A stretch of DNA of 64,000 nucleotides, from contig NC_068982.1 in assembly GCF_001194135.2 (NCBI RefSeq), forward strand, positions 6,574,359 through 6,638,358. The letters are read 5' to 3'. Position 1 is the stretch's first letter, and each line of letters starts with the position of its first letter. Shown here piece after piece: positions 1 to 13,499 of this stretch. The translations under genes and the position numbers were made by a program. Under the pieces are notes generated by a model. It was not told the DNA's origin. It did not search any database and saw nothing but the letters and a program-made list of their open reading frames with translations. Origin of the DNA: Octopus bimaculoides. Lineage: Eukaryota.

Positions 1-376
1 ATATCGGGTGAAAAAACCTAAGAGGACGAGTGCCTCATATTGTGTAATGAAAAATCGTAAGAGGCAAATGCCTTAATTTATGACTTTTTATGTACGAGGT
101 TCATAGCCTCAATGTGAAAATTTAATTTTATAAAGAACAGTGTTATAGAGAAGCAAAGTTCGGCGGGCGGCTTTTGCCTTCTCTCATTATATCATCATAT
201 TTATCATCCATTTCATCTCATTAATGTTTTTGTCCAGCCCGTAGCTTCTCTCTGTGTACTGCCTTTATGGCAAATTGAAATGAAATAAAGTAGCTTACTT
301 ACTCCAACCACATGATTCTGGGTTCAGTCACACTGCATGGCACCTTAGGCAAGTGTCTTCTAGTATAGCCTTGGGC

Positions 377-413
<37 letters not shown>

Positions 414-664
414 GTATGAGAAAGTTATTTTATTACACACTGGTAGAAATACAAAACAAAATGTTGAAAATATACTGGGAGTCTTTTAGATGGTTTGTAT
501 TTAATGGCTTAAGCAGTTTCATAGTTTTTTCTGATTTTCAAAAGTTAAGTTAGATAGAAAAATGTTGGGCTGTGCTGCAATTGTCTGAGGCAAGCCAGTT
601 GTAGTATATTCATATATAAATGCATACATACATGTACAAATATATATGGGTGGCACATAAAATA

Positions 665-893
665 CACCATTTCGAGCGTGGCCATTGCCAGTAACCCCTG
701 ACTGGCCTTCCTGCCAGTGGCACGTAAAAACACCCACTACACTCTCTGAGTGGTTGGCGTTAGGAAGGGCATCCAGCTGTAGAAACTGCCAAATCAGATT
801 GGAGCCTGGCACAGCCTACTGGTTTCACCAGTCCTCAGTCAAATCGTCCAACCCATGCTAGCATGGAAAGCGGACGTTAAACGATGATGATGA
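665..893 (+). mobile_element. RTE 3' UTR fragment
   Basis: GAGTGGTTGGCGTTAGGAAGGGCATCCAGCTGTAGAAAC...GGACGTTAAACGATGATGATG. Confidence 0.9.
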
Positions 894-910
894 GATATAT
901 ATATATATAT

Positions 911-990
911 ATCATCATCATCGTTTAACGTCCGCTTTCCATGCTAGCATGGGTTGGACGATTTGACTGAGGACTGGTGCAACTGGATGG

Positions 991-992
<2 letters not shown>
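911..992 (-). mobile_element. RTE 3' UTR terminal fragment, inverted
   Basis: Reverse complement of 826-893 region. Confidence 0.9.
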
Positions 993-1030
<38 letters not shown>

Positions 1031-1031
<1 letters not shown>

Positions 1032-1402
1032 GGCACAGGAGTGGCTGTGTGGTAAGTAGCTTGCTTACCAACCAAATGGTTCTGGGTTCAGTCCCACTGC
1101 GTGACACCTTGGGCAAGTGTCTTCTATAGCCTCAGGCCGACCAAAACTTTATGAGTGGATTTGGTAGACAGAAACTGAAAGAAACCTGTTGTATATATAT
1201 ATATGTATGTACGTGTGTGTATGTATCCTCCAACATCATTTGACAACTGATGCTGGTGTGTTTCTGTCCCTATAGCTTAGCAGTTTGGCAAAATAGGTCG
1301 ATAGAATAAGTACTAGGCTTTCAAAGAATAAGTTCTGGGATCAATTTGCTGAAATAAGTCCTGGGGTCGATTTGACTGAAACAAGTAAAAGGATAAAAGA
1401 AA
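1031..1402 (+). mobile_element. tRNA-derived SINE family B
   Basis: GGCACAGGAGTGGCTGTGTGGTAAG (A box) ... GGGTTCAGTCCC (B box) ... CACCTTGGGCAAGTG ... GACTGAAACAAGTAAAAG. Confidence 0.9.
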
Positions 1403-3536
1403 GAATATATAGTGAGAATTTACAAAAAAAAAAAAAAAAAAATACAAAGACAGGTGTGTAAACAACAAACAGATGTATTAGTTTAACGTTCCGGAAGGTG
1501 AGAAAGTGTTTTACGTTTCGAGCCTATGCTCTTCGATAGAAAGGAACACAGGAATAAACAGGGATAGAAAATAATATATATATATGTATGTATCTGTGTA
1601 TGTTTGTGTGCATATACCCGTATGAATATACTGTGTGGTTATATTTTATTTCTACCAGTCAAAATTTGAAAACCATTGTCAGCTTTCTTTGTGTAAATAT
1701 ATCAAATTTTTAACTTGTAACTTTTCTTCAATTCTAAAATTTTGGAAATGATTTCTTAATATTTTTCCCTTCTAACATTCTCAGCTTCCAATTTGCTGCA
1801 TTCTAAAAACGAGGTGGGGAAGAAAAAAAAAAAAGCTTTGTGTTTGAGAGAAAAAGTTTTTGTATTACTATTAAGAACATTCACCAACTACAAAAAAAAA
1901 ATAATAATAATAAAATAAAAAATATTCTTGTGCTGAAAAATTTTCCATGAAATATATTGAAAAGAAAAGTAATGATTCTTGCTTTAGAATGCTTACCTAA
2001 AAACAGTTACTTTTGAGATTTGAAATGGGCATTCTACTCTAGGAAATTGTCCTAGTATTCAGTAATGATAGCATTTTCAGAACCATCGGATGATAATGGT
2101 TTATAGAAGAATCAATATGATGCAGTTATTTGGGAAATGTATGCAAGTCTGATGTTATGCTGGAAAAAAAAAGTTTGAAAGAACATTCTACGTAACATCA
2201 GAAACAACTGACAATGACATACTGATCATTCCTGTAATTTGAAAGTGATGTGAATTTGCTTGGACACCAATGTTGAGGTGGTTGCTTGTTGGTGTGTGTT
2301 GTATTATTGAAGACAATTGTCATGTGATCTAGCTGGCTCCATCATCATTTAACGTCTGTTTTTTATGCTTGCATTGGTTGGATGCAGGGCCAAATGTAGA
2401 GCCTAATAAATTGAAAGGTTTTGATGCCATCAAGTATATGTAAATGGTTCAAAATGTAAACAACAATAAACCATAAAAGAAATTTTTCAAAATGAAATAA
2501 AACTAACAGAATGGTGGGAAATAATGTCTATTTTTGTATGATTCCACTTTATTTATATTTGAAAAGATTTCTCCTTCGTGTTTTTAATTTAATTGCAAAG
2601 TCTTTGATGATATTGTTAAAATTTATTTTACATAAAACTTCTGCTTTTATACTTAGAGATAAGACATGAATATTATTTTGGCAAGTTTAAAGTGATTTTT
2701 TTTTTGTGTCGTAAACCATTTTTATTTCTGTGATGACCCTGTCCCTTGATGCCCTAAGCACAGGTCTATTTTGCATAATGGTTAATCCAGGGCTGGTTGG
2801 ATAGTTTGACAGGAGCTGGCCAGCTGAAGTGCTGCCCGGGCTCCATGCCTGTTTTGGCCTGGTTACTACAGAGAGATGTCCTTCCTAATACCAACCACTT
2901 TACAGATTGTACTGGGTATTATCACGCAGCACTGGCACAGGTGCACTTATGTGGCACCAGCACAGGTACTTTTTAAAACAACTCACAAACTATTTATTGC
3001 TGGACATGAATTACTGCATTGCCTGTTTGCGAAAGAAAGATGCTGATAATATAACTGCAAACTGGAAGGAAAGAGCTGTGCTGTGTTTTGTAAAAGCTTA
3101 GCTGTGGTACATTATGTGTGAGTGTCTGAAGTTGTTCTTACTCAAAGTGGTCAGTCTGAGTGCTTGAGGTTGTCTGGTCTTAGTGTCTGCCTTCTGTGAG
3201 TGCCCATGGTGGTCTTCATGAATGCCTGAAGTCATCTGGACTTAGCAGTCTGCCAAGGTTGTCTGGCTGAGTTCTGTGCTAAATGGTTTTTATAAGATGA
3301 AAAGGCATCAAATTTTAGAGCATCTGAGGATACATATCATATTACAGTTTCATGCTGACTTATCAATCACGAGAAACTGTAGTGGCTCACTGGTGACTTG
3401 GGTTTCACATCCCTGCAAAAGCTTGAATCCCAATTAACTGAGGCAATTAAATATAACTGTAAATTTTAAGTATGAAGCATAAATGTAGTATTTACAAATG
3501 TTGAATTATCTTCTATTTAACTCCAAACAGAAACTA

Positions 3537-3899
3537 ATATTTACATTTGACAGATATTTGTCCTCATCTTATTTGTTGTGAACACAACGTTTCGGCTGAC
3601 GTACCCTCCAGGCTTCATCTGGTGTCTTGGGGGAATTTTGAACCTGGGTTCTCATTCCTTGTGTAGTGGTTAAGAGTGTGGGCTACTAACCCCATGATAA
3701 CAATAATAATAATAATAATAATAATAACATTGAAAAATACCTTAGGAATGAGAACCCATGTTCGAAATTTCCCCAAGACACCTGATGAAGGCTGGAGAGT
3801 ATATCAGCTGAAACGTGTTAACAACAAACAAGATGAGGACAAATATCCGTCAAATGCAAATAATGTTCATAATTCCTCATCTCTTAAATATAGAACAGT
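3537..3899. mobile_element. Composite hammerhead/tRNA-head element, copy 1
   Basis: Minus arm 3537-3660, partial head GTGGTTAAGAGTGTGGGCTACTAACCCC, (TAA)n, plus arm 3728-3899. No TSD found. Confidence 0.8.
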
Positions 3900-4550
3900 T
3901 TTTTCAGATTCCCACATTTCAGATGTCGGAGATTACGAATATGCAAAAAAAAAAAAAAAGAGGCAAGGTCAACCTCACCAGGATTTGAACTCAGAACATA
4001 AATCCAAAATAAAAGGCAGCTAAGCATTTAGCTGAACATGCTAAAGATTCTGTTAACTTAGCACCTTCTTACCAATAATTGTTTTGTAGAGCATAATAAT
4101 ATTAATTAATAACTTAGATTATTGTTCCAAATCCATTTGTTCTAAGCTTGTGATTTTTGTCAGTTTTCATACTGCATGGAATATTGTATTCTGCATATTA
4201 AAAAAAATTAATCAGACAATTCCATCACGGAATATTCTAATAATAATAATAAGTGAGATAAAAAATATTCTCTTTATTGCATTCCCAGGTTTCATTAATA
4301 AAATAAATGCTAACAAGCCAAGGTTATATATCATTTAGCAATATAACTATCATGTGTTCTTCAAAGATGTGAAGAGTGAGAGACAACTGGTGTGTGTGGT
4401 GTAGAACAGCAGAGTTCTAGTAAATGTCTTTCTACAGAAACTGCTCAGAAATTTGCTGATGCCAAAACAGGACTGTTATGTATGAAAAAGGATTCATACA
4501 TTTTGTTATTTTAACAACTGCATTTATCCACCCCATTGCATGCTCAATAT

Positions 4551-4785
4551 CAGTGGTTCTCAAGCAGTTTTGGGTTGCCACCCCTTTGACACCCAGGCCA
4601 CATTCCTAGTGTCCCCACCCCAACTAATCATTACAAACATAGACCGTTTTCTGAAGCAAATTCAAAGCAACTGTGTTTCACAAATAAAACTTAGCCTAAT
4701 GAATTCATTATTTTGTTGTTTTTACATAAATCGCTACACCATTATCACCCCAGGGGAGCAATACCACCCACTTTGGGAACCTTTG
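4551..4785. mobile_element. hAT (Charlie-like) MITE, diverged
   Basis: CAGTGGTTCTCAA ... TTTGGGAACCTTTG. Flanks CTCAATAT / CTCTACAT. Confidence 0.65.
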
Positions 4786-5981
4786 CTCTACATATGTATA
4801 TAACAGGCTTCTTTCAGTTTCTGCCTACCATATTCATTTGCAAAGCTTTGATAGGTCTGACACTGGAGTAGAAACTCTTGCTGAAGGTACCACACAGTAG
4901 CACTTAACCTAGAATCATGTACTTGGGAAGCAAACTTCTTACCACGTAGCCATGCATGTGTTTATGTATAAATTCTTCCACCAGCTCCTCTCCCAAGTTA
5001 TTGATCGACCTGAAATTAAAGTGGAAGCTATTAGCTTAAGGGGTTGCCAAATGAAATCAAAATTAGAACCAGGTAATGCAAAGCAACCTTTGTAACCGAA
5101 TCCTCAGATTTGCACCCACACAACTCGGGACAAATACTCTGCTTCATCACATAATCAATTTCCTTAACTAAATTTTGTAGATCTAATTACATAGTAAATT
5201 ACGAAATACAAGTACCTGAATATACCCTCTAACCCTATTGTAATCGATAGTATTATTTATTATCACATATTCAAGAAATTATTTAATAAAATATTCACCA
5301 AATAGAATTCTCTTCTTGTTTACAACTTTTATATTACAAAGAATTGCTATTTCTTATTCATTAATTCGCTGCTATTTTGAAGGCTAAATTCATTCGTTTC
5401 TTTGAGTGATTTCAGAAACTAGTGCTAGTAGTTAAGATACTATTTGATCTCTCACAAAATCCTTTGCATCATATCTTTAAGGATTTATATAATCAGAGTA
5501 ATAGTCTAACAGTTTTGTTTGTATAAACGCACAGCTTTATATAACAATGCTTTTTTTCAACTATTTCTATATTCTCTCTATATTAACTAAACACTTGGTT
5601 GAAGTTTTGGAATACTGCTTACATTGTTGTAAGTTCAAACCTTACTGAAATTATTGGTATGTACGGTATTAAAACCTTGTGTTAATGCTGCAATAATTGA
5701 CATTAGTTAGCCACATTGCTTGATTAGCACTATCCAAGTTATCAAAGGAACCCTGAATTAAATAACATTGCTTAGCCAACGATTATCTAAATATTTAATT
5801 ATGAAAAACTATTATATTAATCTACAAGTATATAAGTTCCTGCAAAACAGTATAAAATATGTTAAAGTTGGTCATATTTATCTGTCTTCTACTGAGACTT
5901 ATTCCTTAATTTAAGTGCTATCTTTTTTTTTCTTTTGTTGGTGTCCATTCTCAGTACAAAAGTTTTATTTTGAAAATAGTG

Positions 5982-6296
5982 AAGATTGTTTGCCAACATA
6001 ACATGGCAGTCCTGGTTTAGGACTAATGTTGCCGTAATTTATCCCCAGGAGACACTGTCTTCAGCTGGCTATATGACATGATCTGTGTCCTTATATTTTC
6101 GAACAAGGGAATCTAGCACTCCCACTCAGCTCAGATATTGTTTTTAGCTGAGTGGGGGTGCTAGATTCCCTTGTTTCGAAAATACAAGGACACAGATCGT
6201 GTCATATAGCCAGCTGGAGACGATGTCTTCTGGGGCAAGATTACAGCAACATTAGTCCTAAACCAGGATTGCCATGTTATGTTGGCAAAAAATCTT
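5982..6296. repeat. Long imperfect palindrome (fold-back element)
   Basis: Arms about 5982-6131 and 6146-6296 are reverse complements with scattered mismatches, around a 14-nt loop. Confidence 0.9.
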
Positions 6297-6610
6297 TGCT
6301 CCAAAGTACTGTTACTGAATATCTCACGTTGTGAGATTTGAAAATAGTAATTTTCTAATTGAAAGTAGTGGTTTTGTAGTACCCAAAGAAACTCCATGGT
6401 TGTCTTAAAAATTATAAAATTGATTGAAGAATAATAATGAAATGCAAAGTTTCCCTAAAACTGTATTTCGGTGGTTTGATTCTGAGGATAGCGTGAAACC
6501 TGTGTAAATAACGCTGCAGATTTAAAAGAAATCATCTCTGAAAACTACATTCATTGTCATACATTTATCAACTTTTTTTACGTCAATAATTTTATTTATT
6601 TGTTTATTAC

Positions 6611-6845
6611 CCACAGTGTGTGTGTGGGGGGGGGAATAAGTATGGAGGGGACAAACAAAGACAGACAAAGGGATTAAGTCAATTACATCAACGCCAGTGC
6701 ATAACTAGTACTTATTTAATCGACTCTGAAAGCATGAAAGACAAAGTCGACCTCGAAAGAATTTGAACTCAGAATGTAATGGCAGACGAAATACCGCTAA
6801 GCATTTCGCACAGTGTGCTAACGTTTCTGCCAGCTCGCCGCCCTA
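6611..6845 (-). mobile_element. tRNA-derived SINE family C
   Basis: Minus: GGCGGCGAGCTGGCAGAAACGTTAGC...CTGAGTTCAAATTC. Related partial copies near 26805-27165 (+), 34185-34350 (-), 44330-44510 (+), 55640-55805 (-). Confidence 0.85.
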
Positions 6846-6873
6846 TCAAGAGTTTTATTTATTATTTCTTTAA

Positions 6874-7229
6874 CACTTTTGTTACTTTATTTATTTTGAG
6901 ATGCTCAGTATTTCTTTCAATTAATTTTAAATATGACTAAGAATTTAGTAAAATAAGGGCATCCAGCTGTAGAAACTCTGCCAGATCAGATTGAAACCTG
7001 GTGCAGCCATCTGGTTCGCCAGTCCTCAGTCAGATCGTCCAACCCATGCTAGCATGGAAAGCGGACATTAAACGATGATGATGATGATGAACTTAGTTAT
7101 CATTCAGCTAGTGTTAGGAACATAAATTGTGACTAAGATTTGGTGGAAGATTTTAATTCAAAACTTATGGAAGCAAAACATTTGTACTCAGAGCCAGAAC
7201 CGGTTTCAGGCAGGTTGGTATCAAAAGGG
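6874..7229. mobile_element. piggyBac-type MITE interrupted by RTE tail (6957-7090)
   Basis: Family sequence resumes collinearly after the insertion. TTAA flanks. Confidence 0.85.
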
Positions 7230-7260
7230 TTAAGAATTGTTTCACTATTATATATTTTAA

Positions 7261-7475
7261 CCCTTTCATTACCACATTTCTGTTGAGATGCTTTGTGTTT
7301 CTTTCAATTAATTTAAAATATAACAAAGAATTTTGTAAAATAATTTCGTTATCATTCAGCTAGTGTGAGGAACATAAATTGTGACTAAGGTTTGGTGGAA
7401 GATTTTAATTCAAAACTTATGAAAACAAAACATTTGTACTCAGAGCCAGTTTCAGCTGGGTTTGTAGTGAAAGGG
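7261..7475. mobile_element. piggyBac-type MITE (same family)
   Basis: TTAA-flanked CCC...GGG. A ~32 bp direct duplication of the right terminus plus flank follows. Confidence 0.9.
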
Positions 7476-8364
7476 TTAAGTGAATACACACAAGGGTAAT
7501 GAAAGGGTTAAGTGAATACACACAAAGAGTATACAAAATTGTTCATTATTAAAATGATTGAAAATTTAGTGCTTCAAATTTTGTGATGGTGTTTTTACTT
7601 AAATAACTAAAAATTTTGCAAAATTTGAGATTATTTTGGATTATTGTTTTTGCTTTTTCAGGGAAATCTATTTCAAAATTTGCAGTTGTGCTTTTATTGT
7701 TGTAAATTTAATTGTGCAATATTATCAAGATAAAGACAAGTAAAAACACAAAGTAAAAATAAATCTAAATAGTTTGTGATAAAAGTATGAAATATAAAAT
7801 CATTAAGTATGTTGAATTTTACTAACAAAAGTTTAAAGTTTTTGATTCCATTAAAAAAAATGCACCAAACATTTATCTTAGTTCACAGTCTGACTTTGGC
7901 TATAGCATGACATATAGGAATTGTACTTTAGAGTATTTGACATTTAGTTCTATCAATATATATTCCAAAATTGGAAACAAAGAATGACAAATCAGCAGAC
8001 AACACTCTGTAAACTACAGAAATTTAAAAAATCAAGTAATTTTTTTTATTGTGAATGAGAGAAATGTTTTATAACATACTAAAATATTTTATCTAATAAA
8101 TTTGCCCGGTGAATATATAGTAAAAAATGCTAAAACGACATTGACAGCATGAACTCTATTTTGCTTTTTAAAGGTTAAATAATTCATAATTAATCAAAAT
8201 ATCACGTTTGTCCTAAAAACATGATTGCAATATATGGCATAGGATTACATTGGACTATTACAGAGTAAAATTTTCAAAGTTTACTTCAATTTTATTTCTC
8301 AAAACTGTGAGTAACTTACATTATTTACATTTGACGGATATTTGTCCTCATCTTGTTTGTTGTT

Positions 8365-8410
8365 AACACAACGTTTCAGCTGATATACTGTCCAGCCTTC
8401 ATCAGGTGTC
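8365..8410 (-). ncRNA. Minimal hammerhead motif, near-intact (G-U at base of stem II)
   Basis: Minus strand reads GACAC CTGATGA A GGCTG GACAGTATAT CAGCT GAAA CGTT GTGTT, inside a solo arm at about 8317-8462. Confidence 0.6.
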
Positions 8411-8460
8411 TTGGGGAAATTTCGAACTTGATTTCTCATTCCTAAGGTGTTTTTCAATGT

Positions 8461-8493
<33 letters not shown>

Positions 8494-9054
8494 TGAACGA
8501 CGATGATAATGATGATAATGATGATGATGATGATGAGGTTTAACTAATTTTCTAATTTTGGGAAGAAACATGGAAACAGTTGGGTATTAAAGAAAGAGAC
8601 ATGGTTTCAATGAGGTTCTTTGAATTCTTGTCTCAGATCCCAACAAGACTTTGAAGTCGATAAAATAAAGTACCAGTAAAATACTGGAGTAGATACAATT
8701 TACCATTCTCTTCCACAAAATTTAAGCCCTTATCACTATGTGCAGATTTTACTGCCTTCAGTTTACTATTTTTGATATGATCACATTTCATTACTATAAT
8801 CATCATCATTGTTGTCATCATATTCACCATCATCATCATCATCATCATCTATCCTTGGAAATGAAATTACAAATGTTGTACAATCATAGATAAAAACAAA
8901 GTAATTGGCTGAATGCATTTGATTTGAGTGTACAATACTGTTGTACCATGTTTCTTGGGAACCACTATTAAGAAACTCTAATAATCAACAGGCAAGATTT
9001 GCAATTTAAAGAACAATCGTAGTGGAAGAAATTTAACTGTTAAAATACTTAAAT

Positions 9055-9440
9055 AGGCACAGGAGTGGTTGTGTGGTAAGTAGCTTGCCTACCAACCACA
9101 TGGTTCCAGGTTCAGTCTCACTGTGTAGCTCTTTGGGCAAGTGTCTTCTGCTATAGCCTTATCAGTGGATTTGGTAGACGGAAACTGAAAGAAGCTCATC
9201 GTGTCGTATATATGTATATATATGTGTGCATGTGTGTGTATATGTTTGTGTGTCTCTGCTTGTCCCTCCAACATCGCTTGACAACCGTTGCTGGTGTGTT
9301 TACGTCCCCACAGCTTAGTAGTTCAGCAAAAGGAGACCAAAAGAATAAGTCCTGGGGTTGATTTGCTCGGCTAAAAGCGGCGCACCAGCATGGCTGCAGT
9401 CAAATGACTGAAATAAGTAAAAGAAAAGAAAGAATAAGTA
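9055..9440 (+). mobile_element. tRNA-derived SINE family B
   Basis: Full-length match to 1031-1402. Confidence 0.9.
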
Positions 9441-9459
9441 CTTTGATATGTGCGCACGC

Positions 9460-9581
<122 letters not shown>

Positions 9582-10959
9582 AGTATGTATATGCAAAAAC
9601 GTTACTCATATACAAACTTAAAGGATATATATGAGAAGGAACCCCCCTTCGGTCATGACTGACCATGGGATTGCACCTAGAGAGTTACCCCCTGAGGCAT
9701 AAGTCCAGGCAATGTTGTTTATGGAAGACCAGCAGTCTCCCATACATAGCAGCCTCCCCTCCCCACACCACTGATGTTATCCAAGGGAAAAGCAAAGGCC
9801 GATACAGCTTGGCATATATATGGCAGGCTTCTTTCTGTTCCTGTCTACCAAACCCACTCACAAAGCTTTGGATGGCCTGAAACTATAGTAGAAGACACTT
9901 GCCCAAGGTGCCACGCAGTGGAACTGAACCCAGAACCATATGGTTGGGAAGCAAGCTTCTTACCACACAGCCACCCCATGCCTCTCTCTCTGTCTCTGNN
10001 NNNNNNNNNNNNNNNNNNNNNNNNNNNNNNNNNNNNNNNNNNNNNNNNNNNNNNNNNNNNNNNNNNNNNNNNNNNNNNNNNNNNNNNNNNNNNNNNNNNN
10101 NNNNNNNNNNNNNNNNNNNNNNNNNNNTATATATATATATATATATATATTATAAATGAAAAACATTCATTTATGTTGAATATACAAGGGAAGAAAAAAA
10201 CAAACAAGCAGAATGCATCATAATTTCACAAAAGTATCAATCAGAAAATACCATTATCAAAACTAACAATATGAACAGTATGTACTGAAGAATTGTTAGA
10301 ATGTACTGCATGGAAATTATTTTAGATTATATTAAAAGATGAAATGCAAAGAGAGATTGAAAGAGACAGTGAGAGAGAGAAAATACAAGACTGAGGAGAG
10401 GAATACAGCTGGGATTTTCTTTTACCTAATAAAATGTTTCTGCATGGCATTGGAATATTGGACGAGTTTTCTATTCAATCCATCTGGCAAATGAGCTGTT
10501 TATGTTGGTTTTACTTGCTTGTATATATTTTCGATCCTCAATAAATGAAATTAAAATGTCTGGTTGTCTTGGCTTCAAAGCAATAATATCAATATTAAGA
10601 TGAAGATATGACAGCAATAGTGAATAAAAAAACACTTATCATTTGTAGTAGTAGCAGCAGCAGCAGTAGTAGTCTTATGGCCGTGTTTTTTTCTGTGTCT
10701 AACATGCAGTTCTCTATATACTTAACTATGAAAGTGTTCTTGTTTTGTCATTTTGTTTTTATCATTTTCTGCATTTTTAATTTCTTTAAAAGTACTTTGT
10801 GTAATATGAGTACAACCTAGTGAAACCAGTGTCACATTAATCAAGCGAACGAGGGAGACTGTAAGCGGTTGCTTGAGATGCTGAAAATTGTGGCTAGAGC
10901 TCCCTCAAAATCACACCTCATCAGCTTAAAAATGATAGATGGGGCTTCTTCTCAAGCAT

Positions 10960-11960
10960 GACATAATGCCAAATGTTTCAGTCATTTGTTATTGCCTCCA
11001 TAAGGCCCAACACTCAAAAAGAGCTTTTTACCTGCCACCAGCATAGGCTACTTTGAGTCCATGAGGCCCAATGTTCGAAATGTGCTTTTTATGTGCCAGT
11101 TGCGCGACACCGGCATTGGCCACGACAATGGTTTAACTTGGCTTGACAGGTCTTCTCAAGCACTGCATATCACGAAAGTTCTCAGTCACTAGTTATTGCC
11201 TCTGTAAGGCCCAAAGTTTGAAGATCATGCTTCACCACCTCATCCTGTGTCCACCTCTACCACAAGTTCCCTCCACAGTTAGAGATCGCCACTTCTTCAG
11301 ACATCTGTCCTCATCAATGCACATCACACGACCATACCAGCATAATTGTCTCTCTGGAACACCACATCTGATGCCTCTTATGCCCAACTTTTTTCTCAAA
11401 ACATTTACACTCTGTCGTACATGCACACTGACATTGTACATCCAGTAAAGCACACTCGTTTCATTTCTTTCAAGCCTACACATGCCTAAGCTGTCACAGC
11501 CCATGTAGCATAGTTGCTTGCAAACAGGTATCATACAATCTTTTACTCTGATGGAGAGGCCTTTTGTTGCCAGCAGAGGTAAGAGCTCTCTGAACTTTGC
11601 CCACGCTATTTTTATTCTCACAGCTATGCTCTCAGAGCATCCACCTCCACTACCAACTTATCATCTGAATAATGGAAGCTATATACTACCTCTAGCTTGC
11701 CCGGCAGGCAGTTTGTGGAGTCTATTTTCTGCACATTTTCAGCATTTATTGTACATGTGCATCTTCCATACACAAAAGCTAGTTTACCTGTAAACCTTCC
11801 TCTGAAATTGCTGCACCTCTTATGTGTCCACAGCTTACACTGGGTACATCTTATGGAGTTTCTACCTATGCCTTACCTGGGGATCAAACAGGGCCATCTA
11901 TCTGAAGGGATTTGTAATTTGTCTGCCCTCTGACTAACTAAAACTTTGGTTTTTGCTAGG
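10960..11960 (-). mobile_element. RTE LINE ORF2 3' portion plus 3' UTR
   Basis: RIKIAWAKFRELLPLL...ERQLCWYGRVMCIDED...VEGTCGRG; frameshifted. Confidence 0.9.
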
Positions 11961-12424
11961 TTAACTCTAATGCAAGAATTTATATTTCAAATAATTAAAG
12001 AAAATGAAACCACAGAGCACATAATTAGTTAATGAATTAATTTGATTAATGATACAAAAATGATATTATGCAATCTTCAAGTTTGTGTTGCTAAAAATTT
12101 CATAAATTCCAAAGTATTTCCCATTAAGTTTTCAAAGCCTGTATGCTTGATTAGATATTATGAATAGTTTCATCAATAATATGTATAGATAATCTTATTG
12201 AGGGAAACTACTCAACAATGAGTTAAGACTGATATACATTTCTTTTTTGGTAAGCTTATTTTACCAAGACAAAGAGAATAAAGAACCTTGCTTAAAAGGA
12301 CATAATTCTATGCACGAATCTATTTTTGACATATAATCTTAGTATCAATAATAGTAACCATTCATCATCAGTGACACTAATATTTTGTCCTCATTGACAT
12401 CTCTGCATACTTTTAACATAAGCT

Positions 12425-12448
12425 TATATATACATATATATGTATGGT

Positions 12449-12505
<57 letters not shown>

Positions 12506-12732
12506 GGTTGTATATATGTGTATATATATATATAATATATATATATATATGCATATATATATGTATACATGTATCTATATGTATATATATATATATATGT
12601 ATACATACATATATATATGGATATATATATATATGTGTATATACACACACATATATATATATACATATATACATATAGATATATACATATTTATATACAT
12701 ATTGATATATATATATATATAGAGAGAGAGAG
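12425..12732. repeat. Compound (TA)n/(TG)n/(GA)n microsatellite
   Basis: Direct reading; source of YI-repeat ORFs. Confidence 0.98.
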
Positions 12733-13104
12733 ACTACTGCTATTTTATTGATAAGATTTCCAGATTTATTTTTCTGCAAATTCCATTCTGAACCAGTGAC
12801 ATTCCAGTAAATCTTGAACACTACACTGCACACAGGCTTCAGTTATAAATATTTTCAGTTGAAACTTTTTGGTATGTTTGTATTAGTTTATTGAAACAGG
12901 TGATCCATTGTAAATGATATTGTCTTAGTTTCTGAATTAAAATTTATAGGTTGCTTGCTGTCAGCAATTAAAATGCCTCTGGTGATATTTCTTTATTGTA
13001 TTTATTTCTCTCTACATAATTAATTATATATATTTCTCTAAAGTAATTAAAAGATGAGTAATGATTGTCAGCACTAGAGAAATATATTACATATATATGT
13101 GGGG

Positions 13105-13490
13105 CTGAAACATGATGCATTGAAGAAGCAGTTGGACGGTTGTTATATGAAGATGCTTAGAATGGCACTCAACATCTCCTGGAAGAGTCATACAACAAAC
13201 ACCGACTTATACCAGGGACTACCTCAAGTAACATTGTAGATACAGTATAGGAGGATGAGGCTAGCTGGATACTGCATCAGACACACCGATGAAATTGCTA
13301 ACAAGTTAGTGCTCTGGCAACCAACAGAAGGAAGAACCAAGAGAGGAAGGAGAAAGACGACCTATATCTTGCTGGAAGATAGTGGTATAGTACAGAAGCT
13401 GATGACCATTATGGGAGATCGAGATGAATGGGGAAAATGTATGGAATCAGTTTTGGGGCATCCTATGGGCCAACCTAGATGAGATGAGAT
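13105..13490 (+). mobile_element. RTE/RTEX-group LINE 3' end
   Basis: LDGCYMKMLRMALNISWK...RMRLAGYCIRH...VLWQPTEGRTKRGR, ending in a GATGAGATGAGAT tail. Confidence 0.7.
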
Positions 13491-13499
13491 ATATGTGGA

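Noticed and set aside
3676-4023. Recurring peptide LGMRTQVRNFPKTPDEGWRVYQ in several ORFs
   Set aside because: It is the non-coding hammerhead arm read in one frame; the ORFs start in TAA tracts.
12740-12840. Kinase-tail-like [12 protein letters not shown]
   Set aside because: No other kinase subdomains or splice support.
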